Assembly: GCA_951406725.2 (NCBI GenBank)
Contig: OX597814.1
Location: forward strand, 191,890,001-191,954,000
Source of the DNA: Octopus vulgaris
Lineage: Eukaryota
Length of the DNA stretch: 64,000 nucleotides
Direction: 5' to 3'
The translations under genes and the position numbers were made by a program. Below are positions 42,259-54,770 of the stretch, piece by piece. The notes under the pieces were generated by a model that ran no database searches, was not told the DNA's origin, and was given only the letters and a program-made list of their open reading frames with translations. The stretch's first letter is position 1, and each line of letters begins with the position of its first letter.

Positions 42259-42546
42259 TATATATATATATATATATATATATCTGTACACACATACATA
42301 CATACATACATACATACATACACACACATACATACATACATACATACATACATACATACATACATACATACATACGTACGTACATACATACATACATACA
42401 TACATACATACACAAACACACATATATATATATATATACTATAGGTACAAGGGGGAGGGTGCTAGTCGATTATATCGGCACCAGTACACTACTGGTACTT
42501 ATTTTATCGACCTCGAAAGGACGAAAGGCAAAAGCGATCTCGGAGG

Positions 42547-42593
<47 letters not shown>

Positions 42594-42688
42594 CATACAT
42601 ACATACATACATACATACATACATACATACATACATACATACATACACACACGCGCAGACATACATCACTGCTATATATTTATGATAT

Positions 42689-43277
42689 TCTTTGTCTATT
42701 CCCTATGCATTCTCAAACGGCTCCACCAAATCAAATCAAATTTTACAAGATAATAGTATAAGCCTCCGCGAGTGTCAACATGTAATTATTTATTTTCAAC
42801 AATCATAACAGATAGTCACAGAGAAGAAAATGTCTTTATTCCAAAATTTTTCTCTCATACCTACAGATGTTCCATTTGAATTTAAGAGGTTTCAGTTTCC
42901 AGTCAAACTAAGTTTTGGTATTTAAATTAACAAATCTCAAGGTCAATCCCTCAAGGTTGTTGGATTTCATCTCTCTACTACATGCTCCTCTCACGGCCAA
43001 CTCTATGTTGGTTGCTCACGAGTTGGAACCAGCAACAATTTATTCATTTGGACACCAACAAAAAATTACCCAGTGAATATTGTTTACTCTGAGATGCTTC
43101 AAGATTAACAGATTTTCAGTTCTAAATTCTAATACCATAAAATTTGGATATTTAAAAAAAAAAACAATATATAGATATTTTGAAATAATTATGAGGAAAA
43201 AATATATCTTCATATTTATTGTTTACTTATCTGAATACGAACAGTAGTAACCCGGGCAACGCCGTGTAATTCAGCTA

Positions 43278-43278
<1 letters not shown>
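42689..43278 (+). mobile_element. Helitron remnant with PIF1 C-terminal motifs
   Basis: ~42835-43108 reads FIPKFSLIPTDVPFEFKRFQFPVKLSFGI*INKSQGQSLKVVG...HGQLYVGCSRV; ends CCCGGGCAACGCCGTG...CTAG|T. Left boundary approximate. Confidence 0.8.
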
Positions 43279-43340
<62 letters not shown>

Positions 43341-43468
43341 CGTGATCACCGTGACCGACCAGGCTATCAGATGTTGCTACACATCACTGGTTACAATGCG
43401 CTTTGCATTGTTTTAGCCTTCAAATGAGGCCACCCCGCTGGCTAAGCGAGCAGGCTAATACATATACA

Positions 43469-44948
43469 CTAGCAGAATTGCCCGGCGTTGCTCGGGGCTG
43501 AATTACTTGAAAGTACTGTTAATGATTGCACTGAATTATGATGATTATTCAGGCAAATATTGATATAAGCTTACGCTGGGAGATAAGGACTTAACGATCA
43601 AACCTGTGCCATTGCATTGTTTTGGGTGAACCAAATTTCTGATGAGCATTATAGGGACACCAACTTTAAGTTTGAGAATGTGTGGTGGTAGTCCGGGGTG
43701 CTCAAAGGAATTCAGTACCTCTATTGGATAGTTGATGACGTCCTCTGGGTCAGGAGTTGTATCGATAGACTGATATACATAGACTTCCCCAGGAATGAGT
43801 TTTAGCATTTCATCATTAATATGGTGAACAGTTTTATTCCTCGGGACCAGAATAGCCCTTTTGCCAATCCAATCCATATTCTGATAATTAGCTTGTAGAT
43901 CTGGGAACACTGCGTCTCTGAGATCAGAAGGCATTTTAACAATGGTACAAATGGAATCGATGGCAATATTACCATTTTCATCCCCTGGTATTTTGCCTTC
44001 GCCAAGTGCAATGAGGGTGTGAGGAAATGCTGCTGATGTGATATTACGTCGCATATGAGCACGCATATTGGTGTGAAGTTTGAGAGTTACTTCCCTTAAT
44101 TTAAAAAAAATGAATTAAAATGGGAAAAAATGATGGTAAATTATTTGTAAAATCGTAGACTCATCGTAGACGCGCGCTAATACCCAGAAGGGCTCGATAT
44201 GAATCACGACTATAAGATACTCGGTTTTGGTTAAACTGCATCGCAAAATGTGGGAGTAGTTAGGAATCTAAATCGGAGTAGACAGACACACAACCTTTCT
44301 CCTTTTGTATATATAAAGATTTTCGTCCTAAAAAACGATCTAACTTGTATGGAGGGGTGAATGGTTACCTCTATGGAAATATATACACACACGTTATACA
44401 TACATGTGTGTATAGATGAATATATAAATACATTTAAATATCTATATACACTTTTGGACGATCTTTCTGTTTCTTAGAGATAACTTTAGATCTTATTTTC
44501 GTCCTAAAAAACTTTGTGCGGAGTGAATGGTTACCTCTATGGAAATATATACACACACATTATACATACATGTGTGTATAGATGAATATATAAATACATT
44601 TAAATATCTATATACACTTTTGGGCGATCTTTCTGTTTCTTCGAGATAACTTTAGATCTTATATTCGTCCTAAATAACTTTGTATGAATTGAAAAAGAAA
44701 ATGAATTGAAATTCTAAAAGAAAGGAATTTGTTTACATACATGTGTAAAATGGCAAATGTTTGTGCAGTTGTCTGATGGAACTGATGTATTATAATGAAT
44801 AGTCCTTCTTCTTGTGAATATTAATTTGATTAATATGAACTGAAAACCAGTGGTGTAGCATAGGTGATCTTCTAGCAAAAAGGATGACCAGTCTGAATGG
44901 GTCATCCCTGTCACACACACACACACACGCACCCTCACACACACGCAC

Positions 44949-45033
<85 letters not shown>

Positions 45034-45658
45034 CACGTTAGCTTACAATGTCTGTCAACAATTGACACTGTCGTATATATTAGCGTGTCTATGTGTCTAA
45101 AGAGGAAGTGGGAGTAATAGGCAGAGTAAAGGCTTCAAAGTGAAATGTTAAAATATTGAGTTTTCTCGAATTTTGTCTTAATTGGGGGTGAAATTGAAAG
45201 AAATTTTGTATGGCATGACCCAATGGAAGTTCTTTGAAAAATCATAGGTAAAGTCTAATTGAAGAAATTGTGTGAGGAGTAAATCGTTATGTATTTATTT
45301 GTTTCTGTTTGCTGCTTTTTTTATTTTTGAGTAGTGTTGTAAGGTAGACTTGCAAAGAGAAAGTGGGAGAAATGAGAGTGATAGCGTGAGTGAATCAGAT
45401 CGCTCCCTTTTTGTGTGTGTGTGTGTGTGCGAGTGCTGTAACCCACACTAAGAAATGCATTTGACTTATACACCACAATGTGAGTTTTCTCTAAATTTTG
45501 CTTAATTGGGGTTGAAATTTTAAAAACTGGACCTGGCACGACCCGATGCATTCTACTCTTAAAAATGGTAGGTAAATTGTAATTGAAGAAATCCTATATT
45601 GTAGATTTCTATAAGATACAAAGGGAGGCAGATAAAATCTGCCTTTTATAATAAGAGA
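43469..45658 (-). mobile_element. Non-autonomous Helitron with PIF1 helicase fragment (copy A)
   Basis: 5'-TC at 45658, 3' hairpin CCCGAGCAACGCCGGG + CTAG at 43469, A|T target; ORF 43545-44066 with PIF1 motifs (RAILVPRN, PGLPPHILKLKVGVPIMLIRNL, CNGT). Confidence 0.88.
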
Positions 45659-45662
45659 TATA

Positions 45663-47930
45663 TCTCTTATTATAAAAGGCAGATTTTATCTGCCTCCCTT
45701 TGTCAGTTATAGAAATCTACAATATAGGATTTCTTCAATTACAATTTACTTAGCAGTTTTAAGAGTAGAATGCATCGGGTTTTGCCAGGTCCACTTTTTA
45801 AAATTTAAACTCCAATTAAGCAAAATTTACAGAAAACTCACATTCTGGTGTGTATGTCAAATGCTTTTCTTAATGTGTTTTACACCACACGCACACGCAC
45901 ACACACAGTGTGCAAGGAATAAAATGAAAGTAATTCACCTTTTGTAGTGAGTGACTCTTTCAGTCTGCCACTTTCTCTTTACACACATAGACACGCAAAT
46001 ATATAAATAAAATTGTAAGCTAACGTGCGTGTGTGTGAGTGTGTGTGTGCGTGTGTGTGTGTGTGAGGGTGCGCGTGTGTGTGTGTGTGTGTGTGCGTGC
46101 GTGTGCGTGAGTGTGTGACAGGAAAGTATCTTAGGACGAATATAAGACCTATATCGGCGATGTTTCGCTTGTCGTAGCACAGGTTTCCGTCGATTTCCGT
46201 AAAAAACTTATTTTTTTACATAAGTAATGAGAGCGAAAGAGACTAAGAGAAAGCGATTGTATGACGAGGGAAGTTCTTTTGAAGTTACCGTGCATGGGAC
46301 GCATTGATGTACATGTGTATGTGTGTGTGTGTTTGATGGAGTGTGGGAGACAGACAGTATGTTGTGTAAGTTAAGTGCTTCTGTTAGTGTGTGTGAAGAG
46401 ACAGAGAGAGTAATGTGTGAAAGAGAGAGATAACTGAAATTTTTTACTCGGTTTATGTGTATATGTATGTATGCATGTATGTGTGTGTGTGTGTATGTGT
46501 GTGTGTGTATGTATGTATGTATGTATGGCCGATTCAGTGTTTACATTTTTTACGGAAATCGACGGAAACGTGTGCTACGACAAGCGAAACATCGCCCCTA
46601 TATCCAAGTAACAGAAAGATCGCCCAAAAGTGTATATAGATATTTAAATGTATTTATATATTCATCTATACACAGATGTATGTATAATGTGTGTGTATAT
46701 ATTTCCCTACACGTAACCATTCACTCCGCACAAAGTTTTTTAGGACGAAAATAAGATCTAAAGTTATCTCTAAGTAGCACAGAGATCGCCCAAAAGTGTA
46801 TATAGATATATAAATGTATTTATATATTCATCTATGCATACATGTATGTATAACGTGTGTGTATATATTTCCATAGAGGTAACCATTCACACCATACAAA
46901 GTTTTTTAGGACGAAAATAAGATCTAAAGTTATCTCTAAGAAACAGAAAGATCGCCCAAAAGTGTATATAGATATTTAAATGTATTTATATATTCATCTA
47001 TACACACATGTATGTATAATGTGCGTGTATATATTTCCATAGAGGTAACCATTCAATCCATACAAAGTTTTTTAGGACGAAAATATTTATATATAAAAGA
47101 AAGGTTGTGTGTCTGTCTACTCCGATTTAGATTCCTAACTACTCCCACATTTTGCGATGCAGTTTAACCAAAACCGGGTATCTTATAGTCGTGATTCATA
47201 TCGAGCCCTTCTGGGTATTAGCGCGCGTCTACGATGAGTCTATGATTTTACAAATAATTTACCATCATTTTTTTCCATTTTAATGCATATTTTTAAAAAT
47301 AAACGGAAGTAACTCTCAAACTCCACACCAATATGCGTGCTCATATGCGACGTAATATCACATCAGCAGCATTTCCTCACACCCTCCTTGCACTTGGCGA
47401 AGGCAAAATACCAGGGGATGAAAATGGTAATATTGCCATCGATTCCATTTCTACCATTGTTAAGACGCCTTCTGATCTCAGAGATGCAGTGTTCCCAGAT
47501 CTACAAGCTAATTATCAGAATATGGATTGGATTGGCAAAAAGGCTATACTGGCCCCGAGGAATAAAACTGTTCACCATATTAATGATGAAATGCTAAAAC
47601 TCATTCCTGGGGAAGTCTATGTATATCAGTCTATCGATACAACTCCTGACCCAGAGGACGTCATCAACTATCCAATAGAGGTACTGAATTCCTTTGAGCA
47701 CCCCGGACTACCACCACACATTCTCAAACTTAAAGTTGGTGCCCCTATAATGCTCATCAGAAATTTGGTTCCCCGAAAACAATGCAATGGCACACGTTTG
47801 ATCGTTAAGTCCTTATCTCCCAGCGTAAGCTTATATCAATATTTGCCTGAATAATCATCATAATTCAGTACAATCATTAACAGTACTTTCAAGCAATTCA
47901 GCCCCGAGCAACGCCGGGCAATTCTGCTAG
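45663..47930 (+). mobile_element. Non-autonomous Helitron with PIF1 helicase fragment (copy B)
   Basis: A|TC start, hairpin + CTAG|T end; ORF 47333-47854 (KAILAPRN, LKLKVGAPIMLIRNL, CNGTRL); ~165-bp internal tandem repeats. Confidence 0.88.
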
Positions 47931-48024
<94 letters not shown>

Positions 48025-49032
48025 CATGTATGTATGTATGTATGTATGTATGTATGTATGTATGTATGTATGTATGTATGTATGTATGTATATGTATATA
48101 TTAATAGGAACTGGTCCTTTGTTAAATAGCTTCTTAAAATATGACCTATAATGATTTCTTACACAGATTAAAATCCAAAAATTAACTATGAGTGAAAACC
48201 ATGATATTAACCCTTTGCTCTTAAATATTTGCTTAGACGGTTTATCGATCCATCCGCCCATGATAATGAAAGAGATAAAGTCAACCTCGGTGAGATTTGA
48301 ACGTACAACGTACAACCCTGTAATTAAATATCTCATGACGTTTAATTCCATCATTCAACGAATTTTTTATTTTTCTACCAATCCACCTTCTCTAGAGATG
48401 ACTAATATCAACAACAGTCATTTATGGCAGCCGGCAGCAAAGAATTATTTATAATTCCTGGCTGATAGATCTCCATGGAAACAAGCAAGACAGCCAAGCG
48501 GACGCCATTAAAGGAATTGAGATAAAATTTTGCGAGCGAGGAATTTTATTTTTCACAATCTCTAATCTTGTACTTTCTTTAATTTAAACGAAAAGAAATT
48601 TTAAGATCTTTCTACAATTCACCTTATCAGTCACCTAATAATTTATCTGTTCACTCATTCATTCTATCATTCATTTATTAGAAGATTATAATACGACGGA
48701 CTCCCAAATATTCTACATAAAGATAACTAGCCGCAAATCGAGATCGCCCACCTCACCTCTAAATAGTTTATCACATGCTCTGACAGACATAATTATATTT
48801 CCCTTCGGGACTCAAAGAGTTGAGTGGGGAAGAGGTTACGGTTAGGTTTACAGTTTGGGGATAAGTAATTTCGGAATTATATATATTCCAAATATATATT
48901 TTGGGTATGTATGTATGTATGTATGTATGTATGTATGTATGTATGTATGTATGTATGTATGTATGTATGAATGTAGGTATGTATGAATGTATGTATGTAT
49001 GTCATACATACGTACATACATACATTATTACA

Positions 49033-49072
49033 ACTGCCCGATGAACGGGGACGTGAAACTCTGAGTCGCAGT
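49033..49072 (+). ncRNA. Minimal type I hammerhead in PLE-type tail (~49025-49190)
   Basis: ACTGC-CCGATGA-ACG(GGGA)CGT-GAAA-CTCTGAG-TC-GCAGT; U4>C; AATAAA downstream. Confidence 0.62.
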
Positions 49073-49190
49073 CTTTTGTGATATTTTTGTGATATCTTTG
49101 CAGCTTTAATAATAAAGTGTATTACTCTACCTCTGGTATTCGAGTACTATTTTCTCACATTTTGTTTCACATTTATGTGCTTACTCGGAG

Positions 49191-49282
<92 letters not shown>

Positions 49283-49286
<4 letters not shown>

Positions 49287-50455
49287 TCATCATCATCAAC
49301 ATCGTTTAATGTCCGCTTTCCCTGCTAGCATTAGTTGGACGATTTGACTGAGGACTAGCGAACCAGATGGCTGCACCAGGCTCCAGTCTGTTCTGGCAGA
49401 GTTTCTACAGTTGGATGCCCTTACTAACGCCAACAACTCCGAGAGTGTGGTGGGTGGTTTTTACGTGCTACCGGCACGAGGGCCAGTCAGGCGGTACTCT
49501 CAAATGGTGTTTTTTCGTGCCACCCGCACAGGAGCCAGTCCACCGGCACTGGCAACGACCTAGCTCGAATATTTTTTCACGTGCCACCAGCACAGGTGCC
49601 AGTAAAGTGACGCAGGTAATGATCACGCTTGAATGGTGCTTTTTACGTGCCACTGGCACGGCAGCCAGTTAGCTGCTTTGGCAACGATCACGTTCGGATG
49701 GTGCTCTTAGCACTCCACTAGCACAAGTGCCAGTCATCGAATTTGATTTTGATTTTGATTTCACTTTCCTCAACAGGTCTTCGGAAGCAGAGTTTAGTGT
49801 CCAATGAAGGAAAGGTACGCATAAGTGGGCTGGTTACACCCCTGGCATTGGCCACGAGGTTATGGTCTCACTTGGCTTGCCGGGTCTTCTCAAGTACGGC
49901 CTATTTCCAAAGGTCTCGGTCACTAGTCATTTCCTTGGTGAGGCCTAAAGTTCGAAGGTCGTGCTTCACCACTTCATCCCAGTTCTTCCTGGGTCTACCT
50001 CTTCCACAGGTTCCCTCAACCGCTAGGGTGTGGCACTTTTTCACACGGCTGTCCTCGTCCATTCTTGCCAAATGACCATACCAGCGCAGTCGTCCCTCTT
50101 GCACACCACATCTGATGCTTCTTAGGTCCAACTTTTCTCTCAAGGTACTTACACTCTGTCGAGTATATATACTGACATTACACATCCATCGGCGCATACT
50201 GGCTTCATTCCTTGCGAGCTTACGCATGTCCTCAGCAGTCATGGCCCATGTTTCACTGCCATATAGCACAGCTGTTTGTACACATGCGTCACACAGTCTA
50301 TCTTTTACTCTGAGCGAGAGGCCCTTTGTCACCAGCAGAGGTAAGAGCTCTCTGAACTTTGCCCAAACTATTCTTATTCTAGCAGCTACACTTTCAGCGT
50401 ATCCTCCCTCGCTACTAACTTGGTCACCTAGGTAACGGAAGCTATCAACTATTAC
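49283..50455 (-). mobile_element. RTE-clade LINE 3' fragment
   Basis: ORF 49901-50485: VDSFRYLG..AVLYGSETW..RLRWYGHLARM..RGRPRKNW; 3' UTR ending in (TGA)n. Confidence 0.85.
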
Positions 50456-50604
50456 TTGGGGTAAGGTGTAGCTCATGCTATTCATTAATATATTGTATTG
50501 TTCAGGATAATATAAGAAATCTCTTGTTTAAAAAGATGTTTGGAACAAAATACAATAAAAAAATAATAAAAAAGAATGCGTGCGGATGGGTTACACACAC
50601 ACAC

Positions 50605-50654
<50 letters not shown>

Positions 50655-51063
50655 CATACATATACGTATGTTAATACGTATATGTATGTTAATATAAATG
50701 CATGTGTGGTGTGTATGTGTGCATACGTGTGTAACAAACATATTTTCTACATGGAAGATCATAAAAGATAGCAAAGTATGTGAAGGTTTAAGTTGTGAGT
50801 TGTTAAGCACTAAAGGAAGCATAGCGTTGCAGGTGTGCTTCTTTGAAGGCTGCTGATGGAATTTCATTTGAACTAGGTCTTTTGCCAGAGATCACTGACA
50901 AGTAGGTCTGTTACTTCTGCTAAAAAAATTTCTGTGTAGCTTTGATAATGTGGAAGGTGAGAATCGTACCTTTCCACTGATTTTGTCAATGTGCATTTTG
51001 AGTGAATTTGGTACACGGAGACTAAGTGGATACAAAAAGGGACTTGAAAAAACAAGGACGTGT

Positions 51064-51206
51064 CATTCGGCGTTTTCTTTCGTCAGTCGAGTTCCAGATT
51101 ATCTTTGCAGTTTCGGCTGGTTATACTCGAGACTGCTCCAATCTGGCCAGCCCCAAGGAAAATCTAAGCTAAGAGCACTAGATTCCTTGGAAGAAAGCAG
51201 CGAATG
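51064..51206 (-). ncRNA. Rearranged hammerhead, diverged copy B
   Basis: GUC, GAAA, CUGACGA core; stems GGCUGG/CCAGCC, CCAGAUU/AAUCUGG, GCAGU/ACUGC, UCGAGU/ACUCGA all Watson-Crick. Confidence 0.72.
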
Positions 51207-51304
51207 TATGCGAAAAAAAACGGGGAAATAGTACATAAACACAAATGTAAATAACAGGACATTAACAACATACACACACACATAGTTTTATATATATATA
51301 TATA

Positions 51305-51767
51305 TAACTCCAAGAAAGTTATGGGTTGTGGGTCCAACCTACTAAGGGATAATATCTATCCAATATACTGCTGGTATAATACCCAATTATTAATGCACAA
51401 GTGTTTTTTATTGCAATGCAATTAACTTACCTAGTGTATTAAATGGGTGAAGGTAACGAGATATTTTGCCATTAATTTATATTGCAAATAGGAAAATGGA
51501 GGAGAACAATAGTTGGTTCATCAACTTTAGGACATTAAAAATGTTAACTTATAACATTTATTAAAATGATAATTATAATAACATACATACATATAGCATA
51601 TTATTCTATGCATATAAAATAAGAATACGAGTAATTATTAAAAAACATGAATATAAATTATGAAAATAACTTACAGCTGTTTCAGCCCATAATAAATAAA
51701 TAAGTTAACATCTTTAATGTCCTAAAGCTGATGAACCAACTATTGTTCTCCTCCATTTTCTTATTTG

Positions 51768-51830
<63 letters not shown>

Positions 51831-52430
51831 GGCTTAGTAAAATAAATTACTTGTTTCAGCCGCATACTGAACTCATTAGAAATAGCAGCTAAAAAGGACT
51901 TTTTTTGTAAGCTATTTCTAATACTTAAAGAAAATCTCTTCTCATATATAGTGTTTGCTTAATTCAACTCACAAAAGTTTGGGGGTAAGGACATTAAAAA
52001 ATCAAATGCTAAGGTTATTTGAGAACGTACGTTTCAAGATTAGTCAAAACAACACTTCTATCTTCAGCTCAGAAACTCCTTGGTTTGGATTTGGAAACAC
52101 TGAAAGTAAGAACATACCCTTTCGAAGATCCGCTCGTAACTAACAGTGCCAACAAACCCAAATAAGCAAGTGAAGAATTTCTGTTCTCCCCTTTCCACCA
52201 GCGTGGGTTAAAATCATCAAACGCTATGCTTATTTCGGTAAAATCCGAAGCATTAATTAGAGGGAGATTAATTATAATTTCAACAATTGAGGGTAAAATT
52301 AATTAATTATTAATCAATTTCACCAAGTGTTCAGTATGCAAAGGGACCATTTAAGGCGAATTCAAATTATTACATTATATAAAAGGGCTTAGTAAAATAA
52401 ATTACTTTGCCGCATAAATTACTTTGCCGC
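51305..52430. mobile_element. Cluster of PLE-like remnants between (TA)n tracts
   Basis: IR 51481-51552/51700-51772; partial HHR end GAAA-CAGCTG-TA (minus, ~51671-51689); direct repeat TATAAAAGGGCTTAGTAAAATAAATTACTT at ~51823 and ~52378. Confidence 0.45.
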
Positions 52431-52534
52431 TCCAGGAGAACATCTTCTCCAGCTGGCTATTGACACACTTTCTGTGCTCTATCGGTATTTGCAAAGGGAA
52501 GTCATCCTTCCCGTCGTCAACCTACGTGATACGC

Positions 52535-52573
52535 ACGGACCCGGGTTTCTGGGTATTGACCCGTCATCAGCGC
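52535..52573 (-). ncRNA. Minimal type I hammerhead within the loop of a ~70-bp inverted repeat
   Basis: GCG-CTGATGA-C-GGGT(CAAT)ACCC-A-GAAA-CCCGG-GTC-CGT; canonical core, palindromic stem III; IR arms 52432-52504/52575-52643. Confidence 0.65.
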
Positions 52574-53679
52574 CTGATTCCCTTTGCAAATACCGATAGG
52601 GCACAGAAAGTATGTTAATAGTCAGCTGGAGATGTTCTCCTGGGGCTACAAGCTACAGTAACATCCACCCTTAGTGGTTAGCCATATTTAGATGGCAAAT
52701 ATACTTCACATTGTCGTGCAGTTACTGTCTATACCTCGTTCAGAGATTTATTATATAAAATATTTGTTATATATATATCGTGTTTAAGTTAGTTTATTCA
52801 ATCAACAAACATTGTAAAGGATAATGGGTAAAGACCTCCTTCGGTCATGAATGACCATGGGATTGCAGCTAGAAAGTTACCCTCTGGGCAATATTGTTTT
52901 GTGGAAGGGCAGCAGCCGTCCATGCATAACAAACAGCCTCCCCTCACCACGCCACCGATATTATCCAGGAGAAAGACAAAGGCCGATACAGTTTGGCACC
53001 AGTGACGTCGCAACTCATTCCTACAGCTGAGTGAATTGGAGTAACGTGAAATAAAGTGTCTTGCTCAAGAACACAACATACAGCCCGTTGCAAGGATCGA
53101 ACTCACTACCTCATGTTTGTGAGCCTGACGCTCTCACCACTAAGCCATGCACATTCGTCAGCAAACATTAGTCGAGTGTTATTTTACTATAACAAATATT
53201 TATATTTAGATTACTAACTATAATAACAGCTGTTATTTCCTTTTTGGTGAGGGTTGATACTATACTATAATTAAACATCGGTAGGTAGTGTAAGTAAGTG
53301 CTCTTGTAAAAGTATCATTTAATAAGATTTAGTAAAACCTTACAAACTAGTTTGGTGCTAACAAATACACCAACACTTACAAAAGTACAAGGAGGCACAG
53401 TACTTTTACTGCTTCTCGTCTTGCAAAAAAATCTCTCAGATATCTTCAGTCATATGCAGTCGCTTGTTGGTTCGTTTTTATTCACAGCAGCGATCCGATT
53501 TCTCTACGTAACTCATTGTGTCAGTCACAGCGTCTCAAGACGGCGAGCTGGCAGAAACGTTAGCACGCCGGGCGAAATGCTCAGCGATATTTCGTCTGTC
53601 TTTACGTTCTGAGTTCAAAATCCGCCGAGGTCGACTTTACCTTTCATCCTTTCGGGGTCGATAAATTGAGTACCATTAC

Positions 53680-54123
53680 TTACATTCGACGGATATTTGT
53701 CCTCGTCTTGTTTGTTGTTAACACAACATTTCGGCTGATATACCTTCCAGCCGTCTTCAGGTGTCTTGGGGAAATTTCGAACCTGGGTTCTCATTCCTAA
53801 GGTATTTTTCGATTTTATTGTTGTTGTTGATTCAAACTCGGAATCTTGGGGTTAGTAGCCGGCGATTTTAACCACTACGCCATATGCCCGTGGGCAATTA
53901 TGGAGTGAATTTTAGGGCTTATAAATCTAATATTGTCCTATCCTTCCTTAATACCGGTTCCCATATGCTACTCATATCTGCACTCGGTCTGCTTAGGAGG
54001 TTGTTGTGTCCTATGTGCTGCTTCTTTTAGTTTTCGTATTTTCCAGGAGTGTTCTCTGTCCATCCGTCGAATGTAAATAATGTAAATAATGTACATAATT
54101 CCTTATATCTTCAATATAGAACT
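53680..54123 (-). mobile_element. PLE 3' fragment: GIY-YIG C-terminus + tRNA-like segment + HHR, with inverted terminal piece
   Basis: 54060-53919 reads DREHSWKIRKLKEAAH / GHNNLLSRPSADMSSIWEPVLRKDRTILDL* (frameshifted); tRNA-like 53889-53831; HHR 53764-53721; 54062-54123 inverted; inserted in a SINE with AAATT(G/A)AGTACCA duplicated. Confidence 0.78.
53721..53764 (-). ncRNA. Minimal type I hammerhead (paralogue of 23535-23578)
   Basis: ACAC-CTGAAGA-C-GGCTG(GAAGGTATAT)CAGCC-GAAA-TG-TT-GTGT. Confidence 0.65.
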
Positions 54124-54698
54124 AAATTAAGTACCAGTTGCGTACTGGGGTCGATCTAATCGACTGCCCCCCTCCCCAAAAATTTCGGGTCTTGTGCCTA
54201 GAATAGAAAAGGGTCACAGCGTATCACTGAAGTCATTTACTCTTCTTCGTACAAATATGAATCCCAATGTTTATCTTTCTTTTTAACTTTTACTTGTTTT
54301 GGTCATTTGACCGCGGCAAAGCTGGAGCACCGCCTTGAAGAGTTCGGTCGAACAAATCGCTCCCACTACTTAATTTTAAGGCTGGTACTTATTTTTATCG
54401 TTCTCTTTCACCAAGCCGTTGAGTTATAGTGATGTAAACAAATCAACGCCGGTTGTCAAGTAATGGAAGGGGAAATGACAAAGATACACACACTTACAGA
54501 CACACACACACACACACACGTACACACACATATATACGACAGGCTTCCGTACAGTTTCCGCCTAGCAAATTTACTCACAAACGTTTGTTAGCCTGGAGTT
54601 ATGGTAGGAGCTAGCAGCGAAACTGAACCTAAAATCACATTGTTGCAAAGTTAACCTCATAACCGCATAGCCGCGCCTACGTCTATAAAAGTAATATG

Positions 54699-54770
54699 TT
54701 CCCAAGCCGGGAATCGAACCCTGGCCGCCTGGGTGAAAGCCAGGAATCCTAACTACTTGAGCACATGGGA
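54699..54770 (-). tRNA. tRNA-Glu(TTC), degenerate, probable pseudogene
   Basis: 72 nt TCCCATGTGCTCAAGTAGTTAGGATTCCTGGCTTTCACCCAGGCGGCCAGGGTTCGATTCCCGGCTTGGGAA; intact anticodon arm and T-loop, mismatches in D arm/A-box, T stem and acceptor stem; TTTT ~9 nt downstream. Confidence 0.75.

Noticed and set aside
46611-47085. Regular repeats that might suggest a CRISPR array (also 60395-61316)
   Set aside because: Whole units repeat with no unique spacers; eukaryotic context, no cas genes.
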